A stretch of 64,000 nucleotides of DNA, taken from positions 2,208,001 through 2,272,000 of the forward strand of contig OY968769.1 in NCBI GenBank assembly GCA_963695345.1, read 5' to 3'. The stretch is from an uncultured Methanomassiliicoccales archaeon (lineage in GTDB: Archaea; Thermoplasmatota; Thermoplasmata; Methanomassiliicoccales; UBA472). Below are positions 20,051-29,431 of this stretch, in pieces (the first letter of the stretch is position 1; each line of letters starts with the position of its first letter). The notes beneath the pieces are model-generated. The model had not been told where the DNA came from, did no database searches, and saw nothing but the letters and a program-made list of their open reading frames with translations. A program made the translations under genes and the position numbers.

Positions 20051-20743
20051 TCAGTCCGTGTTCAGAACATTGACGTGGTGTGAGATCTCGTAGTATAGGA
20101 TTATCGTCGAAATGTAGCTTACCAGGAACATGAATATGGCGACATGCCAGCCCAGCACGCCCGGGGCATGGTAAACGGTCCAGTAGCTTTTTGGATATGA
20201 GAGGACCAGGAAACAACTGTAAGCCCATACCGCCGTGCTTAGAAACCAGGCGACCAACACCAATATCCCCAAGACGCCAAACCGTTCCGATCTCGGTTGA
20301 CCATACGGAGTGTTACCGACCTCTATCCCATCTGGCCCCACGGCCTGGCATTGCTGGGACCGCTGCAGCTCACCTTTGGCCTTCGCTGCACGTTTTGATC
20401 GAGAGTAGCTCCACATTATCACGTACAGAATGATGGATGCGAGGCAGACCCCCACCATCAATATTCCTGACCGAAGGAAGGTGAAGAACGGAACGTAGTC
20501 GATGACAAGGTCATTCAAATGAACGAGAGATGGATTGAACGTAAGTCTGAACGATATATAGACCAGGAACAACAGACTGTACACTCCAGAGGCGAAAAAG
20601 ACAGCCTTCGTTATCTTGAACCATCTCGACTCATGTCGGTTAACAGTTCCTTGACATGCGTTACCCAACGAGCTTCTCCCCGGTCTCGCAAACACATCAT
20701 AATAATTCAAGTTTTCATTTAGTGCGAGGCAACTTTCGGGCAA
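20051..20743 (-). CDS. Uncharacterised 4-TM membrane protein (paralog of 63459-63992); start uncertain
   Basis: Shares G.YSLLF..Y...R.TFNP..VHLNDL.IDY.PFFTF and LGWHVAI.MF..SY.S with 63459-63992. Confidence 0.6.
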   Translation of the reverse strand: MPESCLALNENLNYYDVFARPGRSSLGNACQGTVNRHESRWFKITKAVFFASGVYSLLFLVYISFRLTFNPSLVHLNDLVIDYVPFFTFLRSGILMVGVCLASIILYVIMWSYSRSKRAAKAKGELQRSQQCQAVGPDGIEVGNTPYGQPRSERFGVLGILVLVAWFLSTAVWAYSCFLVLSYPKSYWTVYHAPGVLGWHVAIFMFLVSYISTIILYYEISHHVNVLNTD

Positions 20744-21022
20744 CCTACTTTTTCACACGGATCCTAATTGAGATTGGGTTGACGATTTCGCAGGCGGAAT
20801 GGATCGAGAGGATCCGTCCAGAATGCGGCCACCATCCTATTTCAGCATCAACTCCGGACAATAGAGAAAGAGATGGAGGAGACCTTGGCCTTCTAATCTA
20901 TTGGAGAAAATAAAGAATATAAGATGTTTGAAGGACGGGAACCGTCCAATTCACGACCACTTCACCGATGCCGTTCTCGCGGTCATCGGCTACGGTCACG
21001 GTCGTTGCGCACTGGTTACCCA

Positions 21023-22355
21023 TTACGCGTGCGGTGCCGCGTGGACCTCCGTGCTAAGGGCTCCTATTCCGACCGCGTTGACCGCGGCGATCTTGAAGTA
21101 ATAGGTTACCCCGTTAGTCAGATAGGTGTTCGTGTACGACGTGCCAGGACCGATCGTCGCGACCAGGGTTTCCGTTCCGGAAGACCAGCCGCGGTAGATC
21201 TTATAGGCGGTGATCGCCGATCCGCCGGTGGACGGTGCGGTCCAGGTCAGCTTGACCGCTGTGTTGGAACCGGTCGCGGTTATCGATGTTACCTTGCCCG
21301 GGACACCTGACGTTGGTGTCGGTGTCGGTGTCGGTGTCGGGGTTGAGGTGGTCGGTATTGAAGAGCTGCCGCAGTTGAGGACCGTTCCCGTCTTCTGGAT
21401 CATGCTCAGCCCTTCATAGTTGCCGACTCCCTTGCAGTTTATGCAGGAGACGCCCGGTACCTGGAATCCCTGGAACCGGAAGCCGTAGCCGTAGTAGGTG
21501 GGGCACTTGGGGCGCTGTCCGTTGTAGTTGGCAACGCAATCGATCAGCTTGATGTTCTTCGGGGACGAACCGTACTCGACGTGGAACCCGGAACACCAGT
21601 TGTAGTTCGCTGAGCATCTGGTCAGGATGATGTTCTCCACACGGGTGCACTCGACCAGGTCATATCCAACAATCCAGGCATTGACCCAGCCGATGTTGTC
21701 GCCGCCGTTGTGGCTGGCATCGCAGTCGGTAAAGGCAACGTTCCTGATCAGGCTCTTACCGGAATAACTATTGTCATCGCCGAACAGCAGGAATCCATAG
21801 GTCTGGGAGTATGTGACGGTGCAGCGGGTGAATTTCACACCATCGATCATGCCGTTTGCGCCAACGTACAACCAGAACCCGGCGTTCATGTCTCCCGTCA
21901 AGGTCGTGGCGTGAACATCGGTGAAGACCCAGTTCCCGCAGGTCCCTCCAGCCTTATATCCGTATATCTGGAGGTGTCCCGTGAACTTGAACGATTGCAT
22001 CGTAACGTACGAGACTCCCTTGATGTAGAAGTTGTGAGACGAGGTCGATTTGAAAACGGTCGAATCACCATCGCCTTTCAATGTCGTTCCTGTGCCGAAG
22101 TATACGTGGGCCGTGATCATGTAAGTTCCGGCTGGAACGTATGTCACCTTATTGATATTCGACAACGCCCAGTTCAAGGCGGCGGTGAACGATGCCGCGC
22201 TGTATACTGTTCTTCCTGATGAGTCAACGACCACGTTGGATGAGACCTTGTAGTCATATGCTCCGGCGGCGCTGACATCGCTGGCCATCGATGGGAAAAG
22301 CGGATACCGTCAGTCCCATGACGACCAACACGAGGAGGCAATTCCTGAGCTTCAT
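21023..22355 (-). CDS. Secreted beta-helix protein with Pro/Thr linker and C-terminal fibronectin type III domain; frameshift in signal-peptide region (~22295)
   Basis: ATG at 22355 gives MKLRNCLLVLVVMGL, matching paralog MKLRTCLLMFIVIGL at 34573; FN3 motif LTWTAP..GGSAITAYKIYRG..YYFKIAAVNAVG. Confidence 0.8.
21314..21340 (+). repeat. (GGTGTC)x4 tandem repeat encoding a TPTPTPTP linker on the - strand
   Basis: ggtgtc ggtgtc ggtgtc ggtgtc seen directly. Confidence 0.85.
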
Positions 22356-22627
22356 TACGCTACCCCGTGGTCATTGCCCGTGCATTTCTCATTCCGAGGA
22401 CCAGCGTACTTATCCGCCATGGTACCATTCTGCCGATCGTCGATGCGGCTGGCCTGGCGGCTGCTAGTGCCCGATATGGTCCAAGAATACCTGATTCTTG
22501 TTTTATTCGCCATACAGTTCATCCCTGACAAGGCAAACGCCGCTCCGGGTTCCGTTGCGGCGAAGATGGCCGTCCTGGAGACGCCCTTCCCTCGCTTGTC
22601 TGTCTTCGATGGTAGTCCCATTCTCAT
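22355..22627 (-). CDS. Conserved leader/upstream small protein, copy 2 (90 aa)
   Basis: SD AAGGGAG; MRMGLPSKTDKRGKGVSRTAIFAATEPGAA..S..ANKTRIRYSWTI; TAATG overlap with downstream gene. Confidence 0.65.
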   Translation of the reverse strand: MRMGLPSKTDKRGKGVSRTAIFAATEPGAAFALSGMNCMANKTRIRYSWTISGTSSRQASRIDDRQNGTMADKYAGPRNEKCTGNDHGVA

Positions 22628-22634
22628 GTTTTTC

Positions 22635-22865
22635 AAGCTCCCTTTCGTTACGTTGCACTCAGATAGACTGAGAAGAGACAGTTTAACCAGACGACACGAT
22701 GGTCGCCGAGGGTCTGCCTCATATGCCGGCGATTGGAAGAATCGCTGTAAGGCGTACAGCCTGAACATCAGGAATCGAAAATGAATTCCACGATGTCGAT
22801 TGCAACTGAACCCGACGGAGTATCACCGACGGCAGAGTGAACAAAACCCCCGACGAGGGTTCTTC
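22635..22865 (-). ncRNA. Candidate structured cis-regulatory 5' leader RNA, copy 2
   Basis: Homologous to 2833-3060 with covarying stems. Confidence 0.65.
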
Positions 22866-22899
22866 CATTTGTTCTCTCATAATTAGGCAATTGTTTAAT

Positions 22900-23024
22900 G
22901 AGATATAAACAAAATTATATCTAAATCATTCATCATAATAAATAACATCATAATATTTGCACCAGTAATATGAAATATATCCATATTAGTTTAACGAATG
23001 GATTCGTTACCTTCTTATAACATG
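22900..23024 (-). promoter_or_regulatory. AT-rich promoter/operator block, copy 2
   Basis: Reverse complement carries the same motifs as 2671-2800, including ATATAATTTTGTTTATATCT. Confidence 0.7.
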
Positions 23025-23537
23025 ACCGGTTGCCGCGACCTCGGCATCGCGAGCGTTTCCCTCTTTTTGTTACGTCGAAAACGACGAAATGGCAGTCCGA
23101 TTGAGGACGGTTTATGTACGAACTTCCACATCGGAGCGCCTGAGTCCACATACCAAGTTTCTGTAATGATCCGTGGGTCGCACTGCCGCGGATATCTTGG
23201 AATCATGGGATCTGCCCGGCGCCGAGACTTCAGTTCTACGCCCTTTGAGCGGATGATCCGATAAGGCTTGATACTATTGTGTATAGTTCAAGCGATCCCA
23301 TTTTGACGCATCCAGATGAAAAACTATCGTCCTACCCCTGTTAACAATATGGCAGGCGATCGTGGACACCCGACCAAAATGAATGATCGTGAGCAATAAG
23401 GTACCTGGCCGTTCACCTATTTGCAATCCTTACGGGTATATACCGATATGATTCCTCTCGATTCCAGATGCCAAAAATCCACTCAATGACAAAGTTACAT
23501 CAATTAATTTATATCATCGTCATGAATAGAGAATGAC

Positions 23538-24479
23538 ATGGAGACGAAATCCATTCTCGTCACCGGCGGGACAGGTTTTATCGGGACTAACTTGGTCAAC
23601 GAGCTACGTTCCCGGGGAAACCAGGTCATTGCGTCCGATCTACTGAACTGCGAACGCGATGGCTTCATCAGGGCCGATGCCAAGAACTATAGACAGTTGG
23701 AACGCCTGTTCGAAAAGAACAAATTCGATTTTGTTTATCATCTGGCCGCGGAATACGGCCGATGGAACGGCGAAGACCACTATGAGAACCTGTGGGAGAC
23801 GAACGTCATAGGCACCAAGCACATGCTGCGCCTGCAGGAGAAGAAGAAGTTCAAGATGATCTTCTTCTCCAGCGCCGAGGTCTATGGCGACTTTTCCGGT
23901 GTCATGACCGAGGACGTCATGGAGAACACCCCGGTGAAAGAGACGTACCAGATGAACGATTACGCCATCACCAAATGGGCGGGAGAGCTGATGTGCATGA
24001 ACTCGGCCAAGATGTTCGGCACCGAGACCGTCCGGGTGCGTCCGGTCAACTGCTACGGACCCGGGGAGCACTACACCCCTTACCGTGGTTTCATTCCGAA
24101 ATTCATCTATCATTCTCTGTTCGACAAGCCGTACGTCGTGTTCCGGCAGCACAAGCGTATCATCGACTTCGTCGAGGATACCTGCAGGACGTTCGCCAAC
24201 ATCTCGGAGAACTTCATTCCCGGAGAGGTCTACAACGTCGGCGGCAAACAGGAATGGGAACGGAACATCCAGTGGTACTCGGATGCGATCTTGAAGGCGG
24301 TCGGCAAGGACGATTCAAAGGTCATCTATAAGGATGCGGAAGGCTTCACGACCGACATCAAGACGATAGACAGTAGCAAGGCCATCAAGGATCTGAGGCA
24401 CGATCCGAAGGTTACTCCCGAGGAAGGGATCAAGCGGACCGTGGACTGGATGAAATGGTATTACAGGATCGGTGTGTAA
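23538..24479 (+). CDS. NAD-dependent nucleotide-sugar epimerase/dehydratase (extended SDR)
   Basis: GGTGFIG, HLAA, SSAEVYG, YAITK. Confidence 0.9.
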   Translation: METKSILVTGGTGFIGTNLVNELRSRGNQVIASDLLNCERDGFIRADAKNYRQLERLFEKNKFDFVYHLAAEYGRWNGEDHYENLWETNVIGTKHMLRLQEKKKFKMIFFSSAEVYGDFSGVMTEDVMENTPVKETYQMNDYAITKWAGELMCMNSAKMFGTETVRVRPVNCYGPGEHYTPYRGFIPKFIYHSLFDKPYVVFRQHKRIIDFVEDTCRTFANISENFIPGEVYNVGGKQEWERNIQWYSDAILKAVGKDDSKVIYKDAEGFTTDIKTIDSSKAIKDLRHDPKVTPEEGIKRTVDWMKWYYRIGV

Positions 24480-25475
24480 ATGCACTCATTTAACGAATTC
24501 GAAGGAAGAACCATACTGGTCACAGGCGGCGCGGGATGCGTAGGGTCTAATCTGGTTCGTAGGCTCTCGGATCTGAAGGCAAAGAAGGTCATCATACTGG
24601 ACGATCTCTCATCATCCTATGAGTGGAACGTCCCCCAGGCGAAGAACGTCCACTTCGTGAAGGGCAACATCCTCGACGACGAGATGCTGCGCCGGGTCTT
24701 CAAGGAACGCCCGGAATACGTCTACCACCTGGCCGCGCACTTCGCCAACCAGAACTCGGTGGACAATCCGGAGAAGGACCTGATGGTGAACGGACTGGGC
24801 ATATTGAAGGTCCTGGAGCACGCCCAGCTGGTCGACGTGAAGAGATTCGTTTACTCTTCCTCCGGCTGCGGTGTCTACGGCCTCGAGAGCAAGCAGCCGT
24901 TCAAGGAACAGGACATCTCCATCAATCTCCACACTCCCTATCAGGTGACGAAACTGCTGGGCGAGCTGTACACCAACTACTTCCACAATCTTTACGGGAT
25001 GCCGATCGTCAACGCCCGCTTCTTCAACGTGTTCGGTCCCGGGGAGGTCCCCGGCAAGTACCGGAACGTTATCCCGAACTTCATGTACTGGTCCATGAAC
25101 GGGAAGGCCCTCCCCATCACCGGTGATGGATCGGAGACCCGGGACTGGACGTTCATCGGGGATATCGTGAACGGACTACTGGCCATGGGACTGGAGGAGA
25201 GGGCGATCGGGGAAGCGATCAACCTCGGCTCGAGCAAGGAGCACACCGTCCGCGAGATGGCCGAGATGGTCAACCGCCTGTCGGGGAACAAGGCCGGGAT
25301 CAAGTACACCGAACGCCGGGACTGGGACGTCAAGACCCGGCTGCTTTCCTGCACGGACAAGGCCCGGGACATCCTGGGGTACAAGCCCGAGACCACCTTT
25401 GAGCAGGGTCTCGAATCGGTCCACAAATGGTTCACCGATAACTGGGAAAGGATACAGAAGAGCGCGGAGTTCTAG
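24480..25475 (+). CDS. NAD-dependent nucleotide-sugar epimerase/dehydratase (extended SDR)
   Basis: GGAGCVG, HLAA, YQVTK, RFFNVFGP, GDGSETRDWT. Confidence 0.9.
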   Translation: MHSFNEFEGRTILVTGGAGCVGSNLVRRLSDLKAKKVIILDDLSSSYEWNVPQAKNVHFVKGNILDDEMLRRVFKERPEYVYHLAAHFANQNSVDNPEKDLMVNGLGILKVLEHAQLVDVKRFVYSSSGCGVYGLESKQPFKEQDISINLHTPYQVTKLLGELYTNYFHNLYGMPIVNARFFNVFGPGEVPGKYRNVIPNFMYWSMNGKALPITGDGSETRDWTFIGDIVNGLLAMGLEERAIGEAINLGSSKEHTVREMAEMVNRLSGNKAGIKYTERRDWDVKTRLLSCTDKARDILGYKPETTFEQGLESVHKWFTDNWERIQKSAEF

Positions 25476-25480
25476 GTAGA

Positions 25481-26671
25481 ATGCGCATCTTGGTCGTTCA
25501 AGAGTCGGACTGGCTGGACCGAGGGCCTCATCAGAGCCATCACCTCCTGGAGAGGCTGGTGCAGAGAGGTCACGAGGTTAGGGTGATCGACTACGAGATA
25601 GGCTGGAAGAAGAACGTCGGCCAAGGTGTCTATTCGTCCAGAATGGTAAAGGAAAACCAATTCAAGGTCGTCCCGCCCGGCGTCACCGTGATCCGGACGC
25701 CGATGATAAGAATGCCCTTCCTGAGCTATGTCTCGGTGGCCGTATCCCACTGGCTGGCGATAGGGAAGGAGATCCGGGACCATCGGCCGGACGTGATCGT
25801 CGGCTTCGGCCTGCTCAACGCCCGATTGGCCATCTACCTGGGCAGCCGGCAGGGGATACCGTTCGTCTATTACATCATCGATGAGCTGCATCGCCTGGTG
25901 CCCGAGGCCATGCTGCAGCCGATCGCCAAGCACATCGAGAGAAGGAACGACCAGCTTTCCTCCGAGGTGATCTCCATCAACGAGGCGCTCCGGGAGTACT
26001 GCGTGGAGATGGGCGCGGACCCAGCAAGGACGACGTTGATCCGGGCCGGGGTGGACTTTAAAAGGTTCGCGGAAGCCGACGGAACAGAGGTCCGCAAACG
26101 CTACGGGTTCACCGAGGACGACACGGTGATGTTCTTCATGGGCTGGCTCTACGATTTCTCGGGGCTTGACGAGGTGGCGCTGGAAATGGCCAAGTCCGGG
26201 AACAAGAACCTGAAGATGCTGGTCCTGGGCAAAGGGGAACTGTGGGACCGCCTTCAGGAGATCAAGGTGAAGGAAGGCCTGGGCGACCGTCTGATCCTGG
26301 AAGGCTGGAAGCCGTACACCGAGATCCCGGAATACCTGGCGGCGGCGGATATCTGCGTTCTTCCGGCCAAGAAGATCAAGATCATGGAGAACATCGTCCC
26401 GATCAAGATGTACGAGTACATGGCGGCCGGGAAGGTCGTTTTCGCCACGGACCTGCCGGGGATCCGGAAGGAGTTCCGCGAAGGCAATGGCGTGATCTAC
26501 ATCAATCAGTCGCGGGAGTCGGTGCCCCTGGCAGAGGACCTGATCTCCAGGTCCGCGGTGAGATCCGAAGGTCTGAAAAGCCAATCCTACGTCAAATCGA
26601 ATGATTGGAAGATCATGACCGACGAGTTCGAACATCTGTTGCAAGAAGTGATAGGCTCCAAGAAAAAATGA
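25481..26671 (+). CDS. Glycosyltransferase family 4 (paralog of 57119-58315)
   Basis: QESDW, FMGWLYDFSG, PIKMYEYMAAGK. Confidence 0.9.
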   Translation: MRILVVQESDWLDRGPHQSHHLLERLVQRGHEVRVIDYEIGWKKNVGQGVYSSRMVKENQFKVVPPGVTVIRTPMIRMPFLSYVSVAVSHWLAIGKEIRDHRPDVIVGFGLLNARLAIYLGSRQGIPFVYYIIDELHRLVPEAMLQPIAKHIERRNDQLSSEVISINEALREYCVEMGADPARTTLIRAGVDFKRFAEADGTEVRKRYGFTEDDTVMFFMGWLYDFSGLDEVALEMAKSGNKNLKMLVLGKGELWDRLQEIKVKEGLGDRLILEGWKPYTEIPEYLAAADICVLPAKKIKIMENIVPIKMYEYMAAGKVVFATDLPGIRKEFREGNGVIYINQSRESVPLAEDLISRSAVRSEGLKSQSYVKSNDWKIMTDEFEHLLQEVIGSKKK

Positions 26672-26723
26672 GCCTAACGTCGCAATGGACGGGCGAATTC
26701 CCGAAACCTCTCTTTTCAATTAA

Positions 26724-27939
26724 TCATCGTTTTTCGAACAGCCCAAGGTATGTCCTTGCCACTATGTCCAAGGTGAATCGATCCTCCACGATCTCCCTGG
26801 ATTTCCGTCCCATGGATTTCATTGACGGATTCCTCAGCAATTCCTCGATGCTGCCTGCAATCTGATCGATATTGCCTGGCTCGACGAGTTTCCCGTTCAC
26901 TCCGTCCTTGACGACATGGTTCGCCGCCCCGACATTGGTCGCGATGATCGGCAGTCCGGCCGCCGCATATTCCAGAAGGTTGTACGCGAACTGTTCCATG
27001 TATGAAGAGGAGATGCCGATATCGCACATCCTCAGGATCTTGGGGATCGCGCTGGCATCCTGTCTTCCCAGGAGCAATACGGAATCCTGAAGTCCCATCT
27101 CTTTGACCTTGGAGGTTATTACCTCATATCTTGGTCCGTTTCCGATCAGGACCAACACCGGGTCCATGCCATCGTCCTTGACCTTCTTGAGCGCCAGCAA
27201 GAGGTCGTCGTGGCCTTTCTCCAATAGCATGAACGCAGAGTACACTATCTTGGGCCTCTTCGGATCGAGACCCGCGAACTTCTTCATCACATCATCTGGT
27301 AATACGACATTTTCGGACAGGCGGTCAAATACGGCATAGTCTAGCCCATTCGGTACCTGTTCGACCTTGTTCTTGCCGAGCGGCAGGCGCGACACAAACT
27401 CCCTGGAGGTGTCATTGAGGCAAATGATCCTGTCCAGCAGCAGAACGGACATGAAGATCATGATGCGGCCCGAGGTGGACTTGAAGACGTAGGATGAATT
27501 ATAGGTCAACAATAGTTTCGGCCGGTTCCTCATTCCAAAGCACGCGAGGAAGGCTGTCAGGCCTTGTCTGAATCCGCTGCAGAGGATCGCTTTGGTTCTG
27601 TGACTTCTTCATGAATCGTCTCAGACTGCCAGCGTTCTCGATCTCATTGATCAGGTTCTCATCCGCTCTGGAGGCATCGAAGATCTCTACGTCAACGTCC
27701 CCCTCGCGCAACTTATCGATCAATCCCGGGATCTGTTCCGTATGGGGCCCAAAGGCGAATATCCTCCAGCCCGCCTTCCTCATCGCAATGCTGAGATTGC
27801 AGAGGTGATAGGCGAAACCCATATTCTGTGAATATGCCAAAACAATGGCCGAATTGTCTGGTTTTCCCTGTTCCACGATCTTCCCCCGGTCTTGGGCCAT
27901 CGGAAACGAATCGACTCGATGTATTAAAAGCTGAAGCAT
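26724..27939 (-). CDS. Glycosyltransferase family 4 (frameshift near 27530-27600)
   Basis: VPNGLD, KGHDDLL, EQFAYNLLEYAAAGLPIIATNVG; N-terminal part in ORF 27499-27939. Confidence 0.8.
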
Positions 27940-28175
27940 CGAAATGCAAATGACAAGAGTTCAAGACTGTCATGAGATAGTTCTGACATCCATTGTGTTA
28001 AAAGCCGTTTAGAAGATTAGATGTCTATTCGAACTCATTTTGCGATGGAGGCGCACAAGAAAATGACACAATGGCCTCATCGTTTTTCTTTGCAGGACCA
28101 CATGTGTCTTTCCTACAATATCAGACATCCTGATGATAACTAAAATATGCTACCGTACGATTAAGGAACGAGAGA

Positions 28176-29171
28176 ATGAGCGCAAAAGAATCGTATATCG
28201 AGTTCACCAGGACTGAGGAGCAATTGCCCATTTTTTCAAAAAGCTGGTGGCTCGACGCCGTTTGCGGTAATGATCTGACCTGGGACGCGATAATGGCGAC
28301 GGACGAGGACATGAATATGGTCACCTTCCCATATTGTTGTACGAAGAACCGTTTCGGTCCAACGACCATAATAATGCCCGGGCTGACGCAATTGCTAGGG
28401 CCCTATTTCAAGATCAAAGAGAACACAAAAATGTCCAAGATCCAGGGGATCAAGAAAGAACTGTGTTACTCGGTGATCGACCAGCTTCCCAAGTTCAAAT
28501 ATTTTGATATGAAATTCCACAGGAATTTCACGAATTGGCAACCATTCTATTGGAAGGGATTCGAACAGACGACGAAATACTCCAGCCGCATCCAGAAGGA
28601 TCTACCGGTAGATCAGGTGTTCAACGGCATAAATAAACGCCTGAAGGTCTACATCAGAAAGAACGAGAACAATATGAAGATCGAGGTGGGCAATGACATC
28701 TCTGATATCTGGGATATCAGCAGGGATACCTTTGACCGAAAGGAAAACACCGTCCCGTACAGTCTGGAGTTCCTGAAGCGCATGGATTCCGCGTGCAAGG
28801 AGCATGATTGCAGAAAGATCCTGATCGCGAAGAACGAATCCGGCAATATCATGGCCTTCACCTATACTATCTGGGACAGTGAGGATGTTTATCTGTTGCT
28901 GGGCGGACGAGATCCAGAATATGACAAGAACAATGTGAAGGCCAATCTAGTGTGGGAATCCATAAAGATGGCGCTCTCCATGGGTAAGAACTTCGATTTC
29001 GAGGGAAGCATGCTGGAGGGGGTTCAGGGCAACAATAACCTTTTCGGCTGTACCGTCGAACCATATTCATCCATCAGGAAATCAATTCTAACTTCATATG
29101 ATCAAACGATCCAATATGCCGTTAAGAAATTGCTACCCATCCCGGTCAATAGCATGAAAGCAAGGGATTGA
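28176..29171 (+). CDS. FemAB-like/GNAT polysaccharide-associated acyltransferase
   Basis: PIFSKSWWLDAVC, TQLLGP, WQPFYWKGF, FDFEGSM. Confidence 0.8.
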   Translation: MSAKESYIEFTRTEEQLPIFSKSWWLDAVCGNDLTWDAIMATDEDMNMVTFPYCCTKNRFGPTTIIMPGLTQLLGPYFKIKENTKMSKIQGIKKELCYSVIDQLPKFKYFDMKFHRNFTNWQPFYWKGFEQTTKYSSRIQKDLPVDQVFNGINKRLKVYIRKNENNMKIEVGNDISDIWDISRDTFDRKENTVPYSLEFLKRMDSACKEHDCRKILIAKNESGNIMAFTYTIWDSEDVYLLLGGRDPEYDKNNVKANLVWESIKMALSMGKNFDFEGSMLEGVQGNNNLFGCTVEPYSSIRKSILTSYDQTIQYAVKKLLPIPVNSMKARD

Positions 29172-29431
29172 TAGGAAAATGGGTTCCGCGACATCATCCT
29201 ATCGTAATATCGATAACGCCGGAGGATAGGCGGCGAAGGTCCTCGTCCAAACAAGGAACGTCTATTCGGTCCAATCAGGCTGGACCGACATATCTTCCTA
29301 AAGACGTTGGGAAACCCAAATATTGCCCGATCAAGGACCGCATCGGGACGGAAGCATTTCAACGATCCTTCTGAAGGATCGAGAAGCGGCGATTCAGTCA
29401 TCGTTCTACTGTCTTGATTGAGGATATCGAT

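Noticed and set aside
21314-21340. (GGTGTC)n as a contingency/phase-variation repeat
   Set aside because: The 6-bp unit keeps the frame and encodes an ordinary Pro/Thr linker.
22628-22768. Longer 137-aa version of the copy-2 leader ORF
   Set aside because: The extension runs through the structured RNA and is not conserved as an ORF in copy 1; the SD and homology start at 22627.
25472-26719. Long antisense ORFs (25472-26719, 54771-55850, 58692-60038, 60388-61269, 45084-46097 and similar)
   Set aside because: Shadow ORFs opposite well-supported GC-rich genes, with no recognisable motifs.
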